This document shows, piece by piece, positions 26,526 through 35,080 of a DNA stretch of 64,000 bases. This DNA comes from Acidimicrobiales bacterium. GTDB lineage: Bacteria; Actinomycetota; Acidimicrobiia; Acidimicrobiales; VFJN01. Location of the stretch: assembly GCA_030681555.1 (NCBI GenBank), contig JAUXRW010000069.1, forward strand, positions 702-64,701, written 5' to 3'. The notes beneath the pieces are model-generated. The model worked only from the letters and a program-made list of their open reading frames with translations, searched no databases and had not been told where the DNA came from. Made by a program: the position numbers and the translations under genes. Each line of letters opens with the position of its first letter. Position 1 is the stretch's first letter.

Positions 26526-27857
26526 TCAGCTGCTGGGCCAGGACGCCTCGACGGCGTCGAAGGCTTCCTTCACGCTCTTGGCGCCGGTCGTGATGTCCAC
26601 GGCCGCCGTCCAGAAGCTGCCTCCGCCCACCGCGCTGGGCATGAGGTCCGAGGCGTCGAAGCGCACCGGGTCAGCGTCAGCGAGGATCTCGGCGAACGAC
26701 TGCTCGATCTCGGTCGGGTAGAGCGAGCTGTCGGCGTTCTTGTTCGGCGAGAGGAACCCGCCCACGGGGGCGCGAGCGTCGGCGAACTCCGTGCTGGCGA
26801 TGAAGGCCATCGTGGCCTCCACCTCCGGGCGGTCGTCGAACGCGGCGGCGTAGATGCCACCGCTCAGCGTGATCCCGGGGTGCTCCTCGCTGCCCGGCAG
26901 GAAAAACGCGTTGACCTGGCCCTCCGACCCGATCTCGGTGCCGTCCGGCCAGTTGGCGGCGTAGAAGTTGCCTTGCCGGTGCATCATGCACTCGCCCTCG
27001 AGGAGCGGTAGTCCCGCGTCGGCGAACGGCGTGGCGGCAGCGTTCTGTAGACCGCCGAAGACGAAGCCCTCCTGCGACCACATGTCGTACACGTACTGCC
27101 CGACCTCCACGACCTCCGGGTCGTTGAACGGGATCTCGTGGGTCACCCAGGAGTCGTAGACCTCCGGGCCCTTCAGCCGGAGCATCATGTCCTCCATCCA
27201 GTCGGTGAAGGGCCAGCCCGTGGCGGCGTCGCTCCCGAGGCCGATGCAGAACGGCACGTTGCCGTCCGTCATCATCTGGTCGGTCAGCGCGACGAAGTCG
27301 TCGAATGTCTCGGGCACGGTGTAGCCGGCCTCGGTGAAGGCGGCCGGGTCGTACCAGACGAGGCTCTTGAGGTCGGCCTTCGTCGGGACGGCGTACACCT
27401 CGTCGTCGATCGTCACGAGGTCGGTCCACCCGGGGTCGAAGTTCTGCTCGACCGTCGCGCGGACGTCGTCGGACAGCGGAGCAAGGTCGCCCACGAAGTC
27501 GGCAACCTTGCCGGGCTGGGCGAACATCCCGATGTCGGGCGGGTCGCCACCGTCGACGCGCACGCCGATCTGCTCGTCGACGCTGCGGTCGCCCTGGTAC
27601 TGCACGTCGATGCCCGTCTCCTGCTCGAAGTCCGCGAAGGAATCGACGAAGCCCTGGGCCTCGTCCTCGACCTCGGGGCCGAAGATGGTGACGGTGGTGC
27701 CGGCGAGATCGCCTTCGGACTGGGTGCCGCCGCCGTCGTCGGCCTCGGTGTCGGCCCCCTCGTCGTCGTCGTCGCCTGCGCACGACGCGGCGAGCAAGCT
27801 GAGAGGCAACAGGAACGCCAACGGCGCTCGGAGCCATCGGGTGCGGTGTGCTGTCAT
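26526..27857 (-). CDS. sugar ABC transporter substrate-binding lipoprotein (CebE-like)
   Basis: LPLSLLAASCAG lipobox, an acidic linker and an SBP_bac_1-like body. Confidence 0.9.
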   Translation of the reverse strand: MTAHRTRWLRAPLAFLLPLSLLAASCAGDDDDEGADTEADDGGGTQSEGDLAGTTVTIFGPEVEDEAQGFVDSFADFEQETGIDVQYQGDRSVDEQIGVRVDGGDPPDIGMFAQPGKVADFVGDLAPLSDDVRATVEQNFDPGWTDLVTIDDEVYAVPTKADLKSLVWYDPAAFTEAGYTVPETFDDFVALTDQMMTDGNVPFCIGLGSDAATGWPFTDWMEDMMLRLKGPEVYDSWVTHEIPFNDPEVVEVGQYVYDMWSQEGFVFGGLQNAAATPFADAGLPLLEGECMMHRQGNFYAANWPDGTEIGSEGQVNAFFLPGSEEHPGITLSGGIYAAAFDDRPEVEATMAFIASTEFADARAPVGGFLSPNKNADSSLYPTEIEQSFAEILADADPVRFDASDLMPSAVGGGSFWTAAVDITTGAKSVKEAFDAVEASWPSS

Positions 27858-28903
27858 CGGGCATTCCCCCTGGGTTGGCTGATGTGGTTGGGATCGTGGC
27901 GGCGGGGCGCGGGAGCGGTCGTGGAGCGGACCACGAGCTCGAGCGGCAGGGCGTGGACGGTAGGCGGCGGCGGATCGCCGGCCAGCGCCGCGAGCAAGAG
28001 CTCGACACCGAGGCGTCCGCTCTCGAAGAGCGGCTGGCGCACGGTGGTGAGGCCGACGTAGCTCGAGAGCTCGACGTCGTCGAAGCCGATCACCGAAAGA
28101 TCGCGTGGCACGCGCAACCCGGCGTCCTCGGTCGCCGCGAGGACGCCCATGGCCTGCGCGTCGGACGAGGCGAAGATAGCGGTGGGCGGGTGCGGCTCGG
28201 CCAGGAGCTCGGCGGCCAACGCCCGGCCCGCCTCGCGGTCGTGCGGGCCGTAGCGGATCAGCTCGCGCCGCACCGGGAGCCCGGCGTCGGCCAGCACCTC
28301 GAGGTACCCCGCCTCGCGATCGTCGGTGGCGGTGAAACCGAACGGGTTACTGGGGTCGTGGCCCAGGTAGCCGATGGCGCGGTGGCCGAGGTCGACGAGG
28401 TGCTGCGTGGCGACCCGGCCGCCTGCGCGGTCGTCGGTGACGACCGTCGGCACCCCGGTGCCCGGCGCGTCCACCAGGACGACGGGGACGCCGGCCGCGG
28501 TGAGCCGCTGCAGGTCACGGTCGGCAACGGGGAGGGAGAGGACGAGCAGCCCGTCGGCGCGGTCCCGGCCGGTGATCGACGCGATGTGCTCGTCCCGGTG
28601 GACGGGCGACTCGACGTTGAACAGGACGAGGTCGTACCGGCTGCCGTCCAGGCCCGAGGCCACCCCGCGCAGGCGCTCGATGGCCGAGGCGTGGGTGAAG
28701 AACGGGACGACCACCCCCAGCGTCTGGCAGCGACCGCGGGAGAGCCCGCGGGCGAGCGGGTTGGGGCGGTAGTCGAGCAGCTCGATGGCCGAGAGCACCC
28801 GAGCCCGCGTTGCGTCGCGCACCTTCGGGCTGCCGTTCAGCACCCGCGACACCGTGCCCTGCCCCACGCCGGCGTGGGCGGCGACGTCGGCGATGGTCGG
28901 CAT
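27854..28903 (-). CDS. LacI-family transcriptional regulator (CebR-like)
   Basis: MPTIADVAAHAGVGQGTVSRVLNG HTH plus a periplasmic-binding-fold domain. Its stop overlaps the SBP start by 4 nt. Confidence 0.9.
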   Translation of the reverse strand: MPTIADVAAHAGVGQGTVSRVLNGSPKVRDATRARVLSAIELLDYRPNPLARGLSRGRCQTLGVVVPFFTHASAIERLRGVASGLDGSRYDLVLFNVESPVHRDEHIASITGRDRADGLLVLSLPVADRDLQRLTAAGVPVVLVDAPGTGVPTVVTDDRAGGRVATQHLVDLGHRAIGYLGHDPSNPFGFTATDDREAGYLEVLADAGLPVRRELIRYGPHDREAGRALAAELLAEPHPPTAIFASSDAQAMGVLAATEDAGLRVPRDLSVIGFDDVELSSYVGLTTVRQPLFESGRLGVELLLAALAGDPPPPTVHALPLELVVRSTTAPAPRRHDPNHISQPRGNAR

Positions 28904-28937
28904 CGGCTCCCCCCCGGAGCGCGCGGTGCGATCGCCG

Positions 28938-28951
28938 TGGAAGCGGTTCCA
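28938..28951. promoter_or_regulatory. candidate LacI/CebR-type operator TGGAAGCGGTTCCA
   Basis: Fits the TGnAAnCGnTTnCA pattern and resembles the Streptomyces CebR box TGGGAGCGCTCCCA. It lies 35 nt upstream of the regulator's start. Confidence 0.55.
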
Positions 28952-29014
28952 CGACTGCGAGTGAACGTACGCCCGCTTCGCGGACCTGTCAACGACCTGT
29001 CGTAGCCTGGCCTC

Positions 29015-29473
29015 ATGGAGCTCCCCGTCATGTTGCGCGAGGCCCTCGAACGCCAGATCCTGGACGAGGAGCCGGAGAAGGCGGCGGCCACCGTCGGCAC
29101 CGGCGTCGCCGCCCACGGGTCGGTCGCGGTCGCCAACGTGCTCCTCGACGCCGCGGCGGTCGCCTTCCGCAGGATGGTTGTGGCGACCGACGAGGTCTAC
29201 GACCTGGCCGCGCTGGTCACGCAGCTGGCCCTCGACGGCGCCGTGCCGGCGCACCGGCTCGAGCTGCTCACCGAGATCCTCACGTCGGCAGCCGCGACCG
29301 CGGGCGGGATCCGCCCGCCCGTCGACGCGATGCATGCCCGCCTCGGCGAGCAGGATCTGCTGTTCGGCGCCTGGCTCGGCCTGCTGACGGCGCTGCGGGT
29401 GTCGTCCCTGGCGATGGAGATCACCGAGACCGAGCTGCTCGAGGACGTGCTGCTCGTGTTCGACACGGAGTAG
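29015..29473 (+). CDS. hypothetical protein
   Basis: 152-aa ORF with very high GC3, divergent from the LacI gene. Confidence 0.6.
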   Translation: MELPVMLREALERQILDEEPEKAAATVGTGVAAHGSVAVANVLLDAAAVAFRRMVVATDEVYDLAALVTQLALDGAVPAHRLELLTEILTSAAATAGGIRPPVDAMHARLGEQDLLFGAWLGLLTALRVSSLAMEITETELLEDVLLVFDTE

Positions 29474-29661
29474 CGCCGTCGCCGGGGCTCGCGATCGGGA
29501 CGAACCGCCGAACGGGACGTGACGAAAGATCTGACGGGTCTTCAGGACTGGTCGAGAGGTCGCAGCGCATGCCGAACGTGGACGGGGGAGCAGCGGACCA
29601 ACACCGCGCGGGCCGTCGTGGGGCTGCTCCACTCCCGCCCTGCTGCGCTAGGTGCGCAGGC

Positions 29662-30369
29662 TCAGCGGTACCCGAGCTTTCGGGTGCAGGCGGGCCACTG
29701 GCCCCAGCCGGCCCGCGCCTGGAGGCGCTGACCCATCTCGATCTGGGTGGCACGGCTGTGCTCGTGGGGTAGCCCACTGCCACCGACGGAGCGCCAGGTG
29801 GAGGCGGAAAACTGCAGCCCGCCGTAGTACCCGTTGCCCGTGTTCGCGGCCCAGTTGCCACCGGACTCGCACGCGGCCAGGCGGTCCCACGTCGCGGGGT
29901 CGCTCGGGTCGGCGCCGCCTCGCGCCGGGGCCGGAGCGGGAGCCGGTGCGGGGGCAGAAGCCGGTGCGGGGGCAGGGGACGGGGGAGGCGGGGCCGGGAC
30001 GGCGACCGGACGAGCGACCGCACGGGGGGGCGGGGCGGCGGTGGTCGTGGTGGTGGGGGCGGGCGGCAGCGTGGTGGTGGTCGTCGTGGCGGCGATCGAG
30101 GCGGCCAGCGCGTCGGTGCTCACCAGCTGGTTCGCGTCGGTGGCGAGCCCGGAGGAGAACGGGGTGGGGACGGAGGCGCTCTGGGACCGGATGTCCCGGA
30201 CCTCGGCGAGCAGCGACGCCTGCTCGGCAGCCAGGTTGCCGTGGGGGTTGCCGGCCGTGGCGATGACCAGCGCAACCGGGCCGGCGATGGCCGACAGGGC
30301 GGCCACGCTGGTCACGAGCGCTCGTCGCGCGGCCCGCGGCGAGCCGGTGGTACTCGGGGGGATGCTCAC
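29662..30369 (-). CDS. rpf: resuscitation-promoting factor (Rpf transglycosylase-like domain)
   Basis: C-terminal WDRLAACESGGNWAANTGNGYYGGLQFSASTW...QWPACTRKLG. N-terminal TM and a Pro/Ala/Thr linker. GTG start with AAGGAGG upstream. Confidence 0.9.
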   Translation of the reverse strand: MSIPPSTTGSPRAARRALVTSVAALSAIAGPVALVIATAGNPHGNLAAEQASLLAEVRDIRSQSASVPTPFSSGLATDANQLVSTDALAASIAATTTTTTLPPAPTTTTTAAPPPRAVARPVAVPAPPPPSPAPAPASAPAPAPAPAPARGGADPSDPATWDRLAACESGGNWAANTGNGYYGGLQFSASTWRSVGGSGLPHEHSRATQIEMGQRLQARAGWGQWPACTRKLGYR

Positions 30370-30560
30370 TCCAGTGTCCTCCTTGGGACGGGGCGCGTGC
30401 CGAGCAAATCGAGCTGTCGGCGGGTCTCAGCGCCCCCTGTTGGGGTCGGGGGGCCGCGGTCAGGCGGCTGGTGAGTTACGAAAGGGTGTCATGCCCGACA
30501 CATGATCGCAACATTCAACGATGTGCTGTCGGCAGACTCCTGACACGAAGCGTGCCAAAA
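30370..30560 (-). promoter_or_regulatory. long structured 5' leader of rpf (candidate riboswitch-like element; identity unconfirmed)
   Basis: Lowest-GC stretch in the window. It has two imperfect long hairpins and a duplicated GCCGACAGC. CCGACAGCU and GGGG...UGAGACCCG partially resemble the 3' half of ydaO-type c-di-AMP riboswitches. Confidence 0.3.
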
Positions 30561-30769
30561 GAGACGAAGTCGCCGGGCTGCGGCTCCCAGGGAGCGCCGT
30601 GGGCAACGAGCAGGTTGCCCACGCCGATCGAGTGCTTGACGACGAGCTACTTGTCCCCGGCAAGGCGCCGACCGCGGGGCAGCACGCCGACGCAGTGCTC
30701 GCTGACGTGCTCGGCGACGGCGCCGAGCGCATCGCCCGCCTCCGCGAGTCCGGCGCGCTCGGGTAGCGG

Positions 30770-31462
30770 TCAGCCGACGGCGTCGGACGAGCTGTACGGC
30801 GCCGCCAGCCAGCGATCCAGGCGCGCCACCTCGCGGGGGTGCGGCGACCAGAACAGGTCGGCGATGGAGCCGGTCTGCGCGGTCAGCCGCTCGGCCCGGT
30901 GACGCAGGTCCTCGAGGTGGCGGCCGGCCGCCTCGCCCTCGGCGCTCGTCGCCTGCACCAGCAGGTACCAGTCGTCGAGGTAGGGCGTGAGCGGACCTCC
31001 GAGCTCGGCCAGCGCCGTGAGCAGCCGCCACGCGGGATACCCGATGCGGGCCGGATGGGTGGCGAGGGTGGCCAGCCACACCGCGGTGACGACGTCGTCG
31101 ACGGCCGCCCGCTCCCGGACGGGCCACAGCGACACGCCGAGCTGGTGGAGCTTGCCGAACAGCACCTCGGGGGTGGTGGTGAGCCGGTCCGTGGCGAACA
31201 GCTCGAGCACCCGGGGGAGCAGGGCCATGACGTCGTCGATCGTGCCCCACGTCGTGGCGGCATGGGGCAGCCAGCGGTCGATGGCGACCGGCTCCACCTC
31301 GCGCAGCGGAACGGCCAGCGCGAGCACGTCCTCGGCTGTGACGTCGGGGCGCCGTACGGTCATCGAGGCGCCGAGGTGGCGCTCGGCGAAGGCGTCGTAG
31401 GCCCGCGCTACGGCCAGGGCCACGAGCTGGTCCGGGTGCCGAGCGCGGGGCGCATCAGCCAT
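30770..31462 (-). CDS. hypothetical protein
   Basis: 230-aa ORF with high GC3. Its start overlaps the stop of the FGGY-like gene by 8 nt. Confidence 0.65.
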   Translation of the reverse strand: MADAPRARHPDQLVALAVARAYDAFAERHLGASMTVRRPDVTAEDVLALAVPLREVEPVAIDRWLPHAATTWGTIDDVMALLPRVLELFATDRLTTTPEVLFGKLHQLGVSLWPVRERAAVDDVVTAVWLATLATHPARIGYPAWRLLTALAELGGPLTPYLDDWYLLVQATSAEGEAAGRHLEDLRHRAERLTAQTGSIADLFWSPHPREVARLDRWLAAPYSSSDAVG

Positions 31463-32897
31463 CGGTATCGCCGGACCAGGCGCGAGCCTGCCGCTCGTGC
31501 TCTTCGGCGTGCACCGCGCGCCGGTGGGCGCGGAACGGGTCGTCCTCGGGCTCGGCCAGCACGCCCTCGCCCAGCGCCCAGGCTTCCGCCACCGCCTCGG
31601 GCGCCACCTCCTGGAGGACGGCAGCGGCTTGCACGCACGCGCCGGCGGCGGCGAGCGAACCGGGCACGGCGACCACCGGCCGGCTGGCGAGCGTGGCCGT
31701 CATCTGCGCGTGCGCGTCGAGCCCGGCGGCAGGGCCGGTGAGGCGAAGCGGCTCGTCGTCGTCCCAGCGGCCGCCCGCCGCCATGATCCGGTCGGCGGCG
31801 GCCAAGGCCGCGGCGGCGACGCCCTCGAACGTGGCCCGGGCCAGGTCCTCGCGCCTGGTGCTCGCGCTCACGCCCGTGACGATGGCTCCCGGCCGCTCGT
31901 CGAGGCCAGGCAGCACCACGACGTCGTCCGTGCCGGGCGAGGCGCGCAGCGCGCTGAGGCCGAAGTCGGTGACGTGCTGGTCGAGCAGCTCGGCCATGGC
32001 CGAGACGAGCGTGGCGCCACCGGCGGCCTCAGCCACCGCGAGGTGCCCGCCGGTGGCGTCGGCCCGGCTACGCACCGCACCCGACGGGTCGACGATCGGT
32101 CGGGCGAGCGGGGCGAGGACGGTGGTGCGGTGCCCGAGCGCGACCCCGACCTGCCCCGGACGCAGGCCGAGGGCCAGCGCGACCGCCATCGCCTCACCCG
32201 TACCCGGGCCCACCACCGGTCGGCCGCGCAGGCCCAGGAGGTCGTGGACGGGGGCATCGAGCCAGTCCGCCCGCGCAGACGGCTCCACGACCTCCGGCAG
32301 GCGCCGACCCCAGGCCACGACGCGCCCGTCGCTCGCGAGGAGGGCGAGGACGTCCGGGATCCACAGCCCGGTGTGCGGGGACCACAGGCCGGTCTGCGAG
32401 GCGCTCCCGCGGTCGGTGACGGGTTTGCCGACCAGCCGGTAGGTCAGCCAGTCGTGGGGGAGGAGCACTGCGCCGATGCGGGCGAAGGTGGCGGGGTCGG
32501 CCCGCCGGAGCCAGCTGAGTCGGGTGACGGTGGTGGTGGCGTCGGGGATGGCCCCGGCGCGCCGGGCCCACCGCTCGGCGCCGAGGGTGCGCACCAGCCG
32601 GCGCACGTCGGCCTCGGCGGCATCCCACGGCTGCATCGGTCGGAGCACGACGCCGGCGTCGTCGGCGAGCACCAGCCCCGGATGCGCGCCGACGACCGAC
32701 AGCGCGGCGACGTGGCGCTCACCCGCCCGTGCGATCGCGGCGGCCAGCGATCGCCACCACGCCGTCGGGTCCTCCTCGTGCGGGCCGAGTTCGGCATGGC
32801 GCACGACGCTGCTGCCGACGAGCGCGCCGGAGTCGGCATCGCGCACCTGCGCCTCCGTGGCGTGCGGGCCCAACAGCACCCCCAGCACGAGGGGCAT
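31455..32897 (-). CDS. FGGY-family carbohydrate kinase-like protein with degenerate nucleotide-binding motifs
   Basis: Overall xylulokinase-like layout (DPTAWW, LRPMQPWD, LLPHDWLTYRL). The phosphate-1 motif reads GVLLGPH instead of GIDxGTS. Confidence 0.7.
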   Translation of the reverse strand: MPLVLGVLLGPHATEAQVRDADSGALVGSSVVRHAELGPHEEDPTAWWRSLAAAIARAGERHVAALSVVGAHPGLVLADDAGVVLRPMQPWDAAEADVRRLVRTLGAERWARRAGAIPDATTTVTRLSWLRRADPATFARIGAVLLPHDWLTYRLVGKPVTDRGSASQTGLWSPHTGLWIPDVLALLASDGRVVAWGRRLPEVVEPSARADWLDAPVHDLLGLRGRPVVGPGTGEAMAVALALGLRPGQVGVALGHRTTVLAPLARPIVDPSGAVRSRADATGGHLAVAEAAGGATLVSAMAELLDQHVTDFGLSALRASPGTDDVVVLPGLDERPGAIVTGVSASTRREDLARATFEGVAAAALAAADRIMAAGGRWDDDEPLRLTGPAAGLDAHAQMTATLASRPVVAVPGSLAAAGACVQAAAVLQEVAPEAVAEAWALGEGVLAEPEDDPFRAHRRAVHAEEHERQARAWSGDTDG

Positions 32898-32944
32898 GCT
32901 CAGCCCGGCGTCGAGGAGGAAGAGGGTCCGCGCACGGCGGCATC

Positions 32945-33367
32945 CTACGGGGCAACCTCTCGGCCTGGCTTCGCCGACGGCACGAGCAGGGCCCGGCACA
33001 GGTCGGGGATCCGACCGTGCACCGGCCCGGGCAGCGCGCTCACCCGGGCGCCCTCGCGCAGGAGGGAGGCGTGACTGCCGTCGCGGGCGAGCACGAAGGT
33101 GCTCACGATCCGGCTCGGCCCGGCGTCGGGTGCGTCGAGCCGGTGGGCCGTGCCGTGCACGCGCAGACCCACCGCCCACCACCGCGGCGAGCCGGCCCAG
33201 CCGCCCAGGGCGTCGCAGGGGTGGACACCGACCGCGAGCTCGCGGACCCCGAGCACGACGTCGTCGGCCTCCAGCACGGCGTGGAGCAGGACGGGGCCCG
33301 CGGCGTCGATGAAGGCGCGGTCGAGCACCTCTGCGATCGCAACGACCAAGGGGGTGGGATCGGGCAC
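32945..33367 (-). CDS. hypothetical protein
   Basis: GTG at 33365-33367 (VPDPTPLVVAIAEVLDRAF...). High GC3. Confidence 0.55.
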   Translation of the reverse strand: MPDPTPLVVAIAEVLDRAFIDAAGPVLLHAVLEADDVVLGVRELAVGVHPCDALGGWAGSPRWWAVGLRVHGTAHRLDAPDAGPSRIVSTFVLARDGSHASLLREGARVSALPGPVHGRIPDLCRALLVPSAKPGREVAP

Positions 33368-33485
33368 GGCGCACCTCGCAGCACAGCGGAGCTGACGGCG
33401 ACGTGTGGGTCGCGAGGTGCGCCGGGGCACGTGCGAGCAGTGTCGCAGGTTGGTGTGACGGAGGGCGAGGGCCGGGTGACGAGCG

Positions 33486-34148
33486 CTAGGCGGAGATCGC
33501 GTGCAGCGCTCGGCGCGTCACCGGCGCAGGTGGTGCGGGCGCCGGGGTGACGAGCTTGTCCACGAACCGGGCCGCCGTCGCCCACCGCCGCTCGGTGAGG
33601 ATCCGGGCCAGCCGGGCGTCGCTCGCCGCGTAGGCGTGGAGCGCCTCGTTCGACAGGTCGTGGATGCGACTGCGGTCGACCTCCACCGGCGCGAGGCCGA
33701 CGAGCCGGGCGATCGACTTCAGCGAGCAGGAGATTCGCAACGAGGGGCCGACGTCCCCGCGGTAGAGGAGGTAGGCGTCGACGTGGTCGTGCCGGTACCA
33801 CCGGGCGCGGTAGGCGCCCTCGTGCCCGGGGAGCGGCGAGCGGCGGAGCGTGATGCTCGGATCGAGCTGCAGGTGAAGGCCGAGGTGCATGCCGTAGAGG
33901 GCGGCCCGGTCGGCGATGAACGGGAGGTCGAACGCCGCGCCGTTCCACGTGGCGATCACGCCCGGCTCGAGCTGGCCGAGCCGCTGGTCGAGTTCGCCGA
34001 GGAGCTCGTGCTCGGGGCCGGTGAACGTCTCCTCGTAGCCCGGCGATGCCAGGGCCACCGTGACGACCCGGGCCACGGCCGGGTCGAGTCCGTTCTCCGT
34101 GGTGTCGGTCTCGATGTCGAGTCCGTAGACCGTCGGTCGCCGGCGCAT
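33486..34148 (-). CDS. DnaQ-like/RNase H-fold 3'-5' exonuclease
   Basis: MRRRPTVYGLDIETDT (Exo I DxE), WNGAAFDLPF (Exo II), HAYAASDARL (Exo III-like). GGGGGA RBS. Confidence 0.75.
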   Translation of the reverse strand: MRRRPTVYGLDIETDTTENGLDPAVARVVTVALASPGYEETFTGPEHELLGELDQRLGQLEPGVIATWNGAAFDLPFIADRAALYGMHLGLHLQLDPSITLRRSPLPGHEGAYRARWYRHDHVDAYLLYRGDVGPSLRISCSLKSIARLVGLAPVEVDRSRIHDLSNEALHAYAASDARLARILTERRWATAARFVDKLVTPAPAPPAPVTRRALHAISA

Positions 34149-34237
34149 AGGTTCCCCCTGCTCAACTCGCTCTGCCCAGGGTAAGGAGGCGAGGCGCGCG
34201 GGCGGTGGATGGTCTGTTGCTGGTGGGACTGCTGTGG

Positions 34238-35005
34238 TCAGCGCAGGCCGGGGATCGGGAGTCGCGTGAGCGTGGCGAGCCGGCGGGCGATGTCCGGCGT
34301 GATGCCTTCGTCGAGGGCCTCGATCTCGAACGTGACGGCCAGCTCGCCGTTGCCAGGTCGGACCTCGGTGATGCGCGCACCACGAGGGAGCGGGGGAAGC
34401 GGCAGGTAGCCGCGGAGGAACCGGACGAGCGGCGTCGGCAGGCCGGCGATGGTCATCTGCTTCGGGGCCAGCCGGAGGAAGGACCCGGCGACCTCGAGGT
34501 CCGCGAGCACCTGGCCCATGCGGATGCCGCGCACCTGCGTCGTCAGCATGACGCCCTCCTCGGTGAGGTCGACGCGGATCGGGAGGCGGGAGGTGCGGGT
34601 CCAGCGGTCGACGTTGGCCTGGCTCACGTAGGCCCGCAGGCCGACGGGTCGGGCCTGGAGCCGGGGCCGGAGGCCGGGCACGATGCGCACGTGCTCCGCC
34701 CGGATCACGAGGCGGTCGAGCACCAGGCCGGCCGCCAGCACCGCGGGCACCTCGATCTTGACGACATCGAGCTCGCCCTTCAGGAGGCCGCCGGGGGTGG
34801 CCTTCACCCGCGGCCGGATCGGGTGGTCGAGCAGGCGGGCCGACGTCGCGTCGAGGAGGGCGAGGAGGGACGCGGCAAGCGGCGGCTCGCCCGCGCGGGA
34901 GGCGTCGGCGGCCTCCGCCGCTGCCCGGACGACGTCGGGGTCGTCCACGAGCCCCCACAGCGCGCCGGGGTCGCCCCCCGTGCCGGCGTCACCGGGGTCG
35001 TCCAC
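34238..35005 (-). CDS. DUF2993 (LmeA-like) family protein
   Basis: LLKGELDVVKIEV...VDRWTR...beta-rich repeats typical of DUF2993. Confidence 0.65.
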   Translation of the reverse strand: MDDPGDAGTGGDPGALWGLVDDPDVVRAAAEAADASRAGEPPLAASLLALLDATSARLLDHPIRPRVKATPGGLLKGELDVVKIEVPAVLAAGLVLDRLVIRAEHVRIVPGLRPRLQARPVGLRAYVSQANVDRWTRTSRLPIRVDLTEEGVMLTTQVRGIRMGQVLADLEVAGSFLRLAPKQMTIAGLPTPLVRFLRGYLPLPPLPRGARITEVRPGNGELAVTFEIEALDEGITPDIARRLATLTRLPIPGLR

Positions 35006-35080
35006 GAGATCGAGGTCGGCGTCGAGCGGGTCGATGCCCTCAGGCTAGGGCCCCTGGGCCCCAGCGGCGGTGTCCGCCCG

